This document shows positions 52,747 through 63,835 of a stretch of 64,000 bases of DNA, one piece after another. The DNA lies in assembly GCA_963823655.1 (NCBI GenBank), contig CAWGMK010000010.1, forward strand, positions 128,001 through 192,000, given 5' to 3'. Source of the stretch: an uncultured Bacillota bacterium. Lineage in GTDB: Bacteria; Bacillota; DTU025; MWDF01. Under the pieces are notes generated by a model that did no database searches, had not been told where the DNA came from, and saw only the letters and a list, made by a program, of their open reading frames with translations. Each line of letters begins with the position of its first letter. Positions within the stretch are counted from its first letter, which is position 1. The position numbers and the translations under genes were made by a program.

Positions 52747-53394
52747 TTGAAAGCTCTTAGAATAGCGATAATCGCAGCAGTGATCATATTTGCGGTATTC
52801 CAGTCAGGTTGCCGGACGACATGGTCTTTGGATTTTACAGAGGCTATTGAGGAGGACCTTGCCGATTGGGGCGGGTATTCCAGCTGGGCACTTGACGACC
52901 CTCCCGGATCGGGCCTACAGGTCGAAGAGTATTACGTGCTGAGCCCGATAGGGTTCTCTGCCGATTTCACGCTGACTCTGGATATGTGGATGGATATTGA
53001 CGATTCCAACAGCGCAGATTTTAGGATTTGGATCGGCGATGATGAGAGCGACTATCCGGAGCATTACATTACCTGCGAGTTCGAGCAGGCAGGAGATGAG
53101 ATTAACGAGGAAGTCCTGATCCATGAGGACGGTGTGGGATTGGATTTTCGCGACATCGATACTTTGGAGCCCATACCGGGCATTAAGAATGGCACCAATA
53201 CATTCAAGCTGATAAGAAGAGGGGACCATATCAGGATAACCATGAACGGCGCTGAACTTGCGGACTTTGATGCCATCTACTTTAATCCTCCGGCATGTTT
53301 TGTCGGCTTTGTAACCGATGATACATCTAGCCAGGATGTCTATTACAGGAAGATCAGCGTCAGCTATGCGGGGGATCCGGTCCCGCTTCCTTAA
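52747..53394 (+). CDS. acidic hypothetical lipoprotein (beta-sandwich-like)
   Basis: Lipobox QSGC; beta-rich, acidic sequence. Confidence 0.7.
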   Translation: MKALRIAIIAAVIIFAVFQSGCRTTWSLDFTEAIEEDLADWGGYSSWALDDPPGSGLQVEEYYVLSPIGFSADFTLTLDMWMDIDDSNSADFRIWIGDDESDYPEHYITCEFEQAGDEINEEVLIHEDGVGLDFRDIDTLEPIPGIKNGTNTFKLIRRGDHIRITMNGAELADFDAIYFNPPACFVGFVTDDTSSQDVYYRKISVSYAGDPVPLP

Positions 53395-53499
53395 TCGGCG
53401 CGGCTGACTGCGAAGAAGTCACCGGCGGTATATAATAGCCCAAAGGCTCCATTAGTGCAGAGCCCGTTGATACTTGAGATTCTCGACAGTTATGGGGTG

Positions 53500-54624
53500 A
53501 TGCATCATTCGTCTAAGGAAGTAAGATATTCTTTCTGCTCAGTCTAATATTAGCCGTATTCCTGGCCAGTGCGACCACCTCGGCAGGCGCAATGACGCTG
53601 TCTCCGGCATGGGTTAAGGACGGCTTCGATGGTGCGTCCATGGCAACTTCGGGCGAGGGTGTCATCATTGTGGCTGTCGGAGATAGGGTCTATAAGATAG
53701 GCAAGGACGGCTCGACTGTCTGGGAGAGGAAATCCCCAGGGCCGGTGGCGGTTGTTGAAGGGGACGGATACGGGGGCGCATGGGCGGCGACGGGGAAGAC
53801 TCTGATACGAATCTCAACAGACGGCGCAATTAAGTGGACGTTCACCTATGACGATGTGATTTTAAACCTTGAAGCTTTGCCGGATGGCAGGATGCTTGCT
53901 GGCACCGAGCGGGGCGTGATCCTCGTGGATAGTGCAGGAAAGCTGGTATGGCTGTACGACCCTGCGACCGGGTGCGACACTTGAATACCTATCATTCTTG
54001 GGCCGGTTCGGTCCATTGAATACTTAGGCGGCGACGACATTCTTGTGCTCGGGCAGGTGTATCGGGATATTCAGCGACATGGAAGCGCTCGATTACCTGA
54101 CTGTCGTCAGCCTTGAATATGGCGACACATCCAACGACTGCAACTATATATGGCCATTCAACATTACTGCTGTGGCAATTGAGCACCGCAATTCGATCAT
54201 AGTCTCGGCTTACTATAGAAGGGTAGTCAAGTGGAACGGAATTAGCGAATTTGAAGTTGAATGGTCCAAGACGATGGATCTGCCGAAGTACTTAGCATAT
54301 GACAAGCTGACCGGCATAGTAATCATCGGGCAGGAGGGGAAGAGCATAACGGCAATAGCCACAAGGAATGGCGAAAGCGCGAGTTCTGCAGTGCTTCCTT
54401 TTGAGGTGCTTACAGAGCCTCTCAGCCTGGAAGGAAACGGGTTGCTGATAATTGGGGACGGAATTGCAGCGGTGCTTGACGGGAAGCTGGTCATTTCGGG
54501 CGAATACCGGGCTTCATGGATAGTGGACGGCGCAATTGCGTCATTTGACGGTAGCTCAATATTCGTGCTTTCTTCCGGCAAATTGGCTAGGTTCGGTGTT
54601 GTTGCGGTCCTGGGGCTGCCGTAG
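53500..54624 (+). CDS. secreted PQQ-like beta-propeller protein; candidate selenoprotein (CDT-UGA at 53982-53984)
   Basis: Signal peptide KIFFLLSLILAVFLASATTSAGA; xDG..xW propeller repeats; frame continues past UGA as IPIILGPVRSIEYLGGDDILVLG; apparent frameshifts near 53515 and 54055. Confidence 0.6.
53994..54021 (+). promoter_or_regulatory. SECIS-like hairpin
   Basis: AUUC-U-UGGGCC-GGUUC-GGUCCA-UU-GAAU; loop 20 nt after the UGA; same GGUU loop as at 18895-18911. Confidence 0.55.
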
Positions 54625-54771
54625 CATCGGACGGATGCCTCAGGAGCCTATTCTATTGGGGCCTTGCGTTTAACGGCGATAGCTGATTGTCGCATGCAAA
54701 GAGATGCTAGACAGTATTTGTACTTCGCATCGTTGTCATTCCTGTAAGAGCATACTTAGTCTGCCAACTGC

Positions 54772-56264
54772 TCAAACCTTGTCTTCATTGAAGGCATCAT
54801 CGGGCGTCACCTGATCCCTGACCCAGACAGAAACCTGGCCTCCGTTGCAGGGAAAGATGCCATTGCCATCTTTATCGATGGTGACTTTGTCGGTCCGGTT
54901 GCCCGTATAATCGGCATAAACAGCGCCTTGATTGATAGAGCCTACATTCATCTGTTTTTCGCCGCCGGCGCCGTTGCTCATGACAACAGCACAGCCATAG
55001 GGATGCACTCTCATCACCCATCCGGACCCAGCCGACGGAATTGTTGTGGTCGAAGTAGTCCACCTGTTTGCCATAGGCATGTAGATTCCGCAGATACAAC
55101 AGCTTATCAATCATCGCCTGCTGCCCGTCAAAGGGCTGTGGCGCCTTAATGCCATAATAGTCCCCGTAGAAGATCTTCGGATATCCGTCCTGGCGAAGCA
55201 GGATCAGCGCATAGGCCAGTGGTTTGAACCAGGCTTCAACCCAGGACTGGAGGGGCTGGTCAGGCTGGGAGTCATGGTTGTCGACAAAAGTCACGGCATA
55301 TTCCGGATGTTCCTTGACCAGAGATCCTTCAAAGATCTTGCTCATATCATAACGGTCGCCGGATTTGCTGGCCGTATGCATGTTGAAATGGAGTTTCACG
55401 TCGAAAAGGTCCATCTCGAAGTCGGTATTGTCAAGATAGTCATTGATCGCTTCTTTATCCTGATTCCAGTATTCACCTACGGCATAAAAGTCTGTCCGGT
55501 ATTCACCCCTGATCTTCCGAATTAGATCGCGTAAGAAGAAATCGTTGATATGCTTGACTGCATCAAAGCGGAAACCATCCACACCTGTCTCATTAACGAA
55601 CCAAAGCGCCCAATTGCGGACCTCTTTGACCACATCAGGATGTTTGTAGTCAATATCATTGAACATGAGATAGTCAAAATTGCCGTTTTCGTAGGTGACG
55701 CCACTTGACCAGCCCTTGTTGATGCCATCGATCATGTAGATAGCATCTTTGATTGTCTCTCGCATTGAAGTCGAGACCGGAGAAATGGATCCAGCTCCAT
55801 TTGAATGCGGAATACTGGTCGCCACGCCCGGGGAAAGTGAATTTTGTGTAAGCCTCGATCTCATAAGATTCGGAAATAGCCCGGGTTCGGTTTGAAGGGT
55901 CCATTTTCCTGGCCATGAAAGTTTCTTTTTCATCGCCATTGGCTTTATGGTTCAGGACGACATCGACATAGACATTGATCCCATGATCGTGAAGCACGCG
56001 GATGGCTTCCTGAAGCTCTTCCTTGGAGCCGTACTTGGTCCTGACCGATCCTTTCTGGTCGAACTCGCCTAGATCATAAAGATCATAAGTGCCATAGCCT
56101 GAATCAAAGGGAGAAGTAGCCTTAAAAACTGGCGGGATCCATACACTGGTGATGCCTAGCTCCTTCAGATGACCGGCATCATCTTTCAGCCGAATCCAGA
56201 GGTTATTCTGAAGATCCCCCATATACCATTCAAAATATTGAAACATGATTCCTTTTCGAGCCAT
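54772..56264 (-). CDS. alpha-amylase (GH13, AmyS/AmyA type; frameshifts near 55745 and 55010-54970)
   Basis: MFQYFEW, GYGTYDLYDLGEFDQKG, DVVLNHK, DGFRFDAVKH, GEYW and FVDNHD motifs. Confidence 0.93.
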
Positions 56265-56793
56265 AAAGCTTTCCTGCCTTTCAGTAATCACACCCATCAC
56301 CCAAAGTTGTTACACTTGCCATTCGAATAAGAATGCACTATGCGAATATTTCTTCGGCTTGGTCTGGGAGGTTTAACAGAATTTGCAGCCATGCCGAAGT
56401 TCAAAGGTGCTTTCTCTGTCACAAGGGCAGGTTCTACCTCAGAAAAGAGGCGCCTTTTTGGCGTCCACAAAGCCCGAACCCTTTCTAATGTTCGCTTCAA
56501 AGAGCGTTTCCCCATTGTTGAATTTAGTCCTCATAAACGACTGAAAATGCAGTGAATAAAATCGATTCCGGAGCTTTACACCGATATTGCTTTTGCGCCT
56601 ACTTAAGGCGCGATAATCTTTATGGTAGCGCCCGAAACAATCGCAGTTTTCGATCCTCTTGATGACAACGCCGCCTGCGACATCCGCAATCAGGATGCCT
56701 TCGAGACGGCAATTGGCGTGACCAGTTTTCGGACACCAAGTTGGCACACGCGGACAAACCCTACGTAATTCATCTTAGAGTCAACTGATATTC

Positions 56794-57000
56794 TTAGGGC
56801 TCCACAATGAAGGAGACCTTGGCATTCACACGATAACTGACGACTTTGTTGTTCTCAACAATGGCTTTCAGGTTTTCAATGTAAACGTTTTTAATGTTAC
56901 GTACTGTTTTAGCTGCCTCGGCAACAGCCAGTTTCGTTGCGGCCTCCCAGCTTTCAGTCAATTCTGCAATGATTTCGATTACTTTGACAACAGCTGCCAT
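56794..57000 (-). CDS. dodecin family flavin-binding protein
   Basis: VVKVIEII...SWEAA...AVAEAAKTVRNI...YRVNAKVSF. Confidence 0.9.
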   Translation of the reverse strand: MAAVVKVIEIIAELTESWEAATKLAVAEAAKTVRNIKNVYIENLKAIVENNKVVSYRVNAKVSFIVEP

Positions 57001-57037
57001 TTTTCATACCCCTCTCTTTATTTTGTTCAGGTAGACT

Positions 57038-57301
57038 TTAAAACCTTTTACCGCTGCCGCAAATCAAGTTAAACAGGAACAGTAACACCACAGCGCCTCC
57101 TACGGCAACCAAAAAGGTTGTGAAACTGAACGTGAGCGGCTCTATTACATCCATTAAACCCAGAAGCCACGATCCAGCCAATGCACCCAATATTCCGACG
57201 ACGATGTTCGATATAATGCCCATCTGTGCACTGTTTCTTGTTAACATGCTTGCAACCCAGCCGGCAAATCCTCCCAAAACGATCCAAGCAATCCAACTCA
57301 T
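57038..57301 (-). CDS. GlsB/YeaQ/YmgE family stress-response membrane protein
   Basis: WIVLGGFAGWVAS...NIVVGILGA...AVGGAVVLL. Confidence 0.92.
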   Translation of the reverse strand: MSWIAWIVLGGFAGWVASMLTRNSAQMGIISNIVVGILGALAGSWLLGLMDVIEPLTFSFTTFLVAVGGAVVLLFLFNLICGSGKRF

Positions 57302-57825
57302 CTATATTGCCTCCCTACATATTCCTAATCTGACAAGTTCCCTACAGAAATCGACAATCTCAGGTAATTCGATACACCAGTGGCTTTCTTTGGCGAAAAT
57401 TCACGAATTGGTCATTGGGAGCTGTTCATTGGCTTACATTCGAATATGGACGAACCATATGAACATGCTACTTGAAGCCACTAATAGTACAAGCTTATAC
57501 CCATTATGATAATTTGTCATCAGATTATTACATATATTTTTATATATTTTATTATAATATTTATTGGGTATTCAAAATAAGGGCATTGGCAAATTGATTC
57601 CAGGGTGATTTGAGGGCAAGCCGATGTTAAGCTTACCCCCAGTGTATGCATGGCTTTTTGTTGCAAGTCGGCTTTGGGAATCAAATCGCTAAGAAAAGAA
57701 AGGATGATAAGTGCCAGTATAAGAAATTCGTTGTTCGCTCAAGGCTCCAAAGGCAATTTGGCCAAGAACAAGTTTGGGGCCAAAGAGGTGGTTTGCTAAT
57801 GGTGAGACGGGGAGCCGAACAAGAT

Positions 57826-58728
57826 TCAAAAAGCCTGCACCTTAAGACTAAGACAGGCAAACCCTTCCGCTTTTTTGAAGCCTTCCTTTGTATACAGTGA
57901 GAGCGCAGATTCGTTATCGGCATTCACACTTAGGATTACGCTCTTATAGGATTTCTCATGGGCACAAATCAGCATTGCCCTCAGAAGGACTCTCCCGAGC
58001 CCCTTGCCCTGATAGGAGGGCAACACGGCAACTGGGCCGATATTCATAACGGTACGCTCCCCATACTCATCCTGCGGATCCTCTAATCAACCCTACCGGC
58101 TTTTCACCGTCTGTAAGGAAAAGCATCCCGCCGGCAATAAAATCGTCTCCGGCCGCCATTTCGCGAACCATATTTTCTGTTATCGGCGCTTCATTTCCTT
58201 TTAGAGCTAGAAAAAGCGCTGTTGCGGATATCGCACCAGGCCTGCTCGTCGGAACCTGCGACGTATTGCCTTATGCTGAAGCCAACAGGAAGGTTAAGCG
58301 CTCGGTTTTATCCCATCCTCCCTTATGAGCAGGAAGACGAACCTGTCAATCGTAAATCCGAGCCTTTTCAGATTGCCCAACAGCGAGAGATTTGTATCGG
58401 GCGAGAATATATAGAGGGAGTCAATGCCGGAGGTTTCTTTTATGAGGGCTTCCATAAGCGCTTTATAGCTGCCAAGATCGTCGGTTTCCGAGTGCAGTAT
58501 CCTCAGGCGGGCCCTTTTAGCCCTTAGTGCGGCTTCATCGATTACCAGCGATGCGGCGCCGCTAATCTTCATATCCTCATCAAGTGCGATGAACGTTGGG
58601 TTTGAGGGCCCGATCCTAAATTTCTCCAGCTCAGCGTCAGACAGGTAGGATTTGTCCAGCCCATCCCTGTGCCTGCGGCAGTAGTCCAGAAATGCCTCCA
58701 AGCCGGCCTCATCTAGCCTTCTTATCAT
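57826..58728 (-). CDS. two-domain GNAT acetyltransferase (multiple frameshifts)
   Basis: N-terminal ORF 58294..58728; C-terminal AVLPSYQGKGLG...VNADNESALSLYTKEGF. Confidence 0.75.
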
Positions 58729-58759
58729 AGCTTTAGCACCTCCGCCTGGCAGGGCTTGC

Positions 58760-59665
58760 CTAGAACTCGACCAGGTCAGCGTTCTCACCCAAAATTGACA
58801 TGGGTATTACGGCCCGCACCGTTTTCAGAGGGTCCACGCACTGGCTGATTCTCATATCCACCGCGAGGCTTGCCAGCATGTACGCCTCATCCCAGCCGAT
58901 TCCGCATGCATTGCACAAGAAGCTGACCGCGGATTCCGTCGCCAGCTCAACCGCCTTATCCAGGCTGGGAGCCGACGCTATTATCATAAACGCTTCTTCG
59001 TTTCTAATCACAGGCCAGCTTATATGTCTGCCTTTGATGACATCGACTTGGACTTGCACCTCGGCTGCCGCCTCGCATCCAGTCACGCAGACCTCGCCGT
59101 CGCCCATGACTGCATGTATGTCGCCGATCGCCAGCATCGCACCAACCTGGCTGACAGGAAGGTATAGGGTCGCTCCTTCGCAGATGTCCTTGGTGTCCAT
59201 GTTGCCGCCGTGCCTTCCGGGGGTGCCGGTGGGTATCAGCCCTTCTTCATCCGCCGTCGCCAGCCCGATGACTCCTATCATCGGCCTGGACTTAAGGGAA
59301 AGGGCTCCGAACTCCACGAAACCGTCAACTATGGGCAGCAGTTTAGTCGCAGATTTCTTTACTTTGTGCCCCAACACTCCAGCTCCAGGAATGATGTTCA
59401 CCACACCGGTCGAAGCTGTCCTTATGGAGAGAACCTTTACTGAAAGCACATCCCCGGGCATCGCGCCAGCAATGCTTACCGGCCCTGTGGCAGGGTTCAA
59501 GGAGGTGAAATCCACGCTTTCTATCTCCTGCCGTTCGGAACAGATCTGGCCGTGCCAGCAGTCGTTGGTCTCAAAGGAGATGACATCGCCCGGGGCAGCA
59601 TTGGCCGTCGCCTTCATATCGGGCCCGAAGCCTGTTACGAAATGCTCTTTTCCGATCCTAAGCAT
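58760..59665 (-). CDS. acetamidase/formamidase family protein
   Basis: NPATGP, PMIGVIG, HGGNMD and GDIHAVMGDGEV motifs. Confidence 0.93.
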   Translation of the reverse strand: MLRIGKEHFVTGFGPDMKATANAAPGDVISFETNDCWHGQICSERQEIESVDFTSLNPATGPVSIAGAMPGDVLSVKVLSIRTASTGVVNIIPGAGVLGHKVKKSATKLLPIVDGFVEFGALSLKSRPMIGVIGLATADEEGLIPTGTPGRHGGNMDTKDICEGATLYLPVSQVGAMLAIGDIHAVMGDGEVCVTGCEAAAEVQVQVDVIKGRHISWPVIRNEEAFMIIASAPSLDKAVELATESAVSFLCNACGIGWDEAYMLASLAVDMRISQCVDPLKTVRAVIPMSILGENADLVEF

Positions 59666-59692
59666 CGTTAGACCCAGCCTCCCAAACTGCGC

Positions 59693-60487
59693 CTATTTGG
59701 CCAAGTTCCAGGCATCTCCCCTGTACTTATCAAGCAGCTCCCCGGCCCTTTTCAGCTCTCCTGCCGTAAGCTCGGACTGAAGGATTGCAGAGCCTGTAAG
59801 CTTTCCGAACTCCTTGACGATAAATGGCACCAGCTCGTACCTGCCGACCGGCCTTCCCATTGCCTCACCTACCGTGGAGATTCCGGACTGGAGCCTTGCT
59901 CGCATTGCTTCCGGCAGGGCACACGATTTGAGCAGGGCGTCGATGTCTATGGACATGAGAATCGAGCCGTGCTGAAGGAAGTATCTGCCCGATCTGAACT
60001 GGGCGCTGCCTATTATCTTCCTGCCCTTCCATGCTACCTCAAAGCTTGAGGGGGCATCGAAGCATGCCGCCGACTTCTCCTTGCCCTTGTCGCTGTACGC
60101 AGGTACAAGGTCTGCAGCAACGCCGAATGCCTTTAAGCCGTCTGCCAGTGCGCTGCTGACCATCATGTAGACGTCGAGGACGGCCCCTCCTCCGAAAAGC
60201 AGGGAATCTGCTGTTACGCTGTAAGTAAGCTCGTCGTCATGCAATACTGCGCGCCCGCCGGTGCGGCGCCTTACCATCGTATAGCCACTGTCCTTAACGG
60301 CGTCCATGTCGCACGAATCCGCAGACCTTTGGTTGAACCCGAGCGAAAGGCAGGCAGGGTCCCATGTATAGAACCTGAGGGTGGGCGGCGCATCACCCGC
60401 CATCACCGCCTCCAGTATCGCCTCATCGACTGCCATATTCCATGCGCCTTCAGCGGCGCCCGATATGATTAGCCTCCAGTCGGTCAT
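59693..60487 (-). CDS. lipM: LipM-like octanoyltransferase / lipoate-protein ligase family
   Basis: NMAVDEA, PTLRFYTW, RRRTGGRAVLH, ACFDAPS, KIIGSAQ and QHGS motifs. Confidence 0.85.
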   Translation of the reverse strand: MTDWRLIISGAAEGAWNMAVDEAILEAVMAGDAPPTLRFYTWDPACLSLGFNQRSADSCDMDAVKDSGYTMVRRRTGGRAVLHDDELTYSVTADSLLFGGGAVLDVYMMVSSALADGLKAFGVAADLVPAYSDKGKEKSAACFDAPSSFEVAWKGRKIIGSAQFRSGRYFLQHGSILMSIDIDALLKSCALPEAMRARLQSGISTVGEAMGRPVGRYELVPFIVKEFGKLTGSAILQSELTAGELKRAGELLDKYRGDAWNLAK

Positions 60488-62372
60488 TCTTTCCCCTCCA
60501 AGCTGCCCGTACTGACCCCCTCAAGAGAGAGGGAGAGCGCCTTTTCGGCTTCCTCCGGCTCAAGCGCTGACAGGGTAGTTGTAAAGCTCGGTGCCGGGAC
60601 TCTCATTGTAGAAAGGCCTGTTGCACCAGCTGCAGCCAGAAGTCTCGAACGGGTCGCCCTTTTCTGCAAGCCTTCCTATTTCCTGCCCGCTCAAGCCTAT
60701 TCCGGCCAACCTGCCCTCATCGTCAAAGCTTAATGAACCTATGGGAAGCCCGTGGCGCTTAATGAGCCAGAAAGCGAGCTGCACCCTCCTGTAAGATGCC
60801 AGCTCGGGCTTCGGATGGCCCTCCATCTCGGTTCCCCGCAGAGGCGTGAACGCGAAAAGCCCAAGTCCCACACCCATGTCCCTTAGAGTCGCCGCAAGCG
60901 ACAAAAGCTCCTGCTCCGTCTCGCCCATGCCCGAGATAAGGTGGGTAGATATCCTGCCGGGAAAGCGAGCTGCAGCTTTTGCAATAAGCGACAGGGAGGT
61001 TTGCATATCGGCCTTCTTGATCGCCTTGTGAAGCTCCGGGTTGCAGGCATCCAGCGCGAGCGCTACCCTGTCCGCCCCGGCTTCCAAAATCCTTCCGACG
61101 TCCTCGATGCCCGCAGTCGCGCTGAATGACACAGAGAACGCGGTCTTTTCGGCGCATGAACGCTTGAGCACAGCTACAGCTTCGCAGACGGCATCAAGGG
61201 CCGCGCGGCCGCCCACCGTCTGCAGGCACACCCTCCTGATCTTGCCGGCCTTAGTGGCCCTTCCCAGGGCTTCCAGGAGGATGCCCTCCTCAGCCTCGGG
61301 CCAGGTGACCCTCGACAGCCTTCCGGCACCGGCGCTGCTGTTTCTAGCCTGGGCGCAGAAGGCGCAATCCCTTACGCACTTCTCTCCTAGCATGATATAG
61401 GCCGTGGTAGGCAAAGCATCAACCTTTATATCCAGCAGGCCAAGCGCCGCCATGGTTCCGGCGGACGGCCTGAACTTTATCTTATTGACTTTGCTTTCAC
61501 CTTCCATCCCCGATTTCGGGGCATCAATCGACGGGAAGGCACAGCATTCATCGTCCTCAGCTACTGAAAGGCCAAGCTCTGCAGCCCTAAGCCTTGCTTT
61601 GGCGGACGGCTGAACAATGACATCGGCCCCGGCATCTACAGCCATGGGGTCCAGCTCGTCCCTGTATTTGCCCGACGGCCTCATGCAGCCGAGGCAGACC
61701 CGGGATGAGGGGAACAATTCCTTGGCAAGCCCGATGACCTCGGCCACAGACTTGGGAGAGGGGGCGGGAACATCCTGCATCCTTGTGCCCGGCGTTGGCC
61801 TCAGGGCGATGATGACGATTGCAGGCGGCTCCGGTATAAGGCAGTCGTCGGAGAGCGAGCGTATCTCCTGAAGGCTCTTTCTTGGAAAGCGCCGGCTCTT
61901 CGTCCGGCCCCAGCAGCCCGACGGTAACATGTGGCACGGTGGGGGCGGTGTTCGATGCCATTATGAAGCTTTTTACGTAATCGGCCGCTTTGGAACGGGA
62001 GCCATACACGCCCTCTATGATGCGCTCATCGGAAACATAGTCGAAGGAGATGACATCGGCATAGCCTTTGAGCCGTGCTGCCTGATCTTCATCAAGCACG
62101 CCGGTATGGCAGTTCACCCTGGTATCGGGGGACATGCTCTTTATCCTTTCGGGCCAGCCCTCCATTGGCACATGCCCGAAAGCGTCGCTTCCTCCGGAGA
62201 TTAGGACGCTTTTCGGGGCAGAATCGGAAAAGGCCGCCAGCGCTTCATCCGGCGGCCTCATCCCCTTTAGATATTTCGCGCCGCAGTGGGCGCAGTCCAG
62301 CCCGCATGAGGCCCCCGTCACCGATATCGCGACGGTCCCCTTCGGGCGGCTGAAGGTTATCTTCCTAGGCAT
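60484..62372 (-). CDS. radical SAM lipoyl synthase of the LipS1/LipS2 type, apparently one fused gene (frameshifts near 61880 and 60570)
   Basis: CGLDCAHC + GCMRP + ECC (LipS1 motifs) run in frame into CVRDCAFC + [10 protein letters not shown] (LipS2 motifs); lies between gcvPB and lipM. Confidence 0.8.
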
Positions 62373-63835
62373 TGTCCCCTTTTTGTCCACCTTAGTATCG
62401 GCTTCCTTGCGGCAAGCGTCTCGTCCAGCCTGCCGACCGGCGTATTGTGCGGGGCCGAGTGGAGATTCTCCGGATCCTCCACGGCCTCTTTTGCGATCCT
62501 CTTCATCGCGTCTATGAACGAGTCCAGGGTCTCCTTGCTCTCGGTCTCGGTAGGCTCGATCATTATCGCCTCTTCGACTATGAGAGGGAAGTAGACGGTG
62601 GGGGCGTGGAAGCCGTAATCCAGAAGCCTCTTCGCCATATCCAGCGTCCTTACTCCGTTTTCCTTCTTCTGCTTGGAGCCGGACAGCACGAACTCGTGCT
62701 TGCAGGCCCTGTCGTAGTTCAGCACGAAGTCCGACTTCAACGCGTGCATCAGGTAGTTGGCGTTCAAAACGGCCAGCTCGGAGGCCGCCTTAAGCCCGTC
62801 GGGCCCCATCGTCCTGATGTAGGTCCAGGCTCTCAAGAGCACGCCGAAGTTGCCGTTGTAGGAGTGCACATGCCCGATGGAATCCGGCATGTCGGCGTCC
62901 CACCTGTACATGGCCCCATCCTTTACCACGAGCGGCTTGGGAAGGAAGGGTATCAGCGACTTCTTGACGCCGACCGGCCCTGCTCCGGGGCCGCCTCCGC
63001 CGTGAGGCGTGGAGAAGGTCTTGTGCAGGTTCAGATGGACTACGTCGAAGCCCATGTCGCCGGGGCGGGATTTGCCCATGATGGCGTTGGCGTTCGCACC
63101 GTCGTAATAGACGAGGCCGCCCGCCTTATGGACTATGTCGGTTATCTGCTTGATGTGCTCATCGAACAGGCCAAGCGTGTTGGGGTTCGTAAGCATGAGG
63201 GCTGCGGTGTCGGGGCCTACTTTGGCCTTCAGGTCCTCTATGTCGACATTGCCCCTGGCATCCGATGCCACCTGGACTACCGTCATGCCGGCAGCAGCCG
63301 CGCTTGCGGGGTTGGTGCCGTGCGACGAATCGGGCGCTAGTATCTTGTCCCTCTTGCAGTCCATCCTCTTGAAATGGTAGGCGCGGATTATGAACAGGCC
63401 TGTCAGCTCGCCGTGGGCACCTGCTACCGGCTGGAGCGTGAAGCGGTCCATGCCGCATATTTCGGACAGCCACAAGTCGAGATCATGGATGACTTTAAGC
63501 GCGCCTTGCGCGCCGCGCTCGGGCATATCGGGGTGGAGCTTCGCGAAGCCGCCAAGCCTTGCCGCATCTTCGTTTATCTTCGGGTTATATTTCATCGTGC
63601 AGCTGCCCAGAGGGTAGAAGCCGGTATCCACGCCGTGGTTGAGAGTGGAGAGGTTGACGAAGTGCCTTACCACGTCCACTTCGGATACTTCCGGAAGCTC
63701 GGGGCGTGCTTTCCTGATCATGGTGTCGGGAACCATTGAATCTATCGGAAGCTGCGGCACGTCCGAGGAGGGAAGGCTTACGCCGATCCTTCCTGGCCTG
63801 CTCATCTCGAAAATCAGAGGCATGAGCTTTTTCAT
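62357..63835 (-). CDS. gcvPB: glycine dehydrogenase (decarboxylating) subunit 2
   Basis: [19 protein letters not shown] and [18 protein letters not shown] motifs. Confidence 0.97.
   Translation of the reverse strand: MKKLMPLIFEMSRPGRIGVSLPSSDVPQLPIDSMVPDTMIRKARPELPEVSEVDVVRHFVNLSTLNHGVDTGFYPLGSCTMKYNPKINEDAARLGGFAKLHPDMPERGAQGALKVIHDLDLWLSEICGMDRFTLQPVAGAHGELTGLFIIRAYHFKRMDCKRDKILAPDSSHGTNPASAAAAGMTVVQVASDARGNVDIEDLKAKVGPDTAALMLTNPNTLGLFDEHIKQITDIVHKAGGLVYYDGANANAIMGKSRPGDMGFDVVHLNLHKTFSTPHGGGGPGAGPVGVKKSLIPFLPKPLVVKDGAMYRWDADMPDSIGHVHSYNGNFGVLLRAWTYIRTMGPDGLKAASELAVLNANYLMHALKSDFVLNYDRACKHEFVLSGSKQKKENGVRTLDMAKRLLDYGFHAPTVYFPLIVEEAIMIEPTETESKETLDSFIDAMKRIAKEAVEDPENLHSAPHNTPVGRLDETLAARKPILRWTKRGQCLGR

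Noticed and set aside
56297-56750. Short overlapping ORFs between dodecin and amylase
   Set aside because: No recognisable motif; possibly a decayed gene, but it cannot be assigned.
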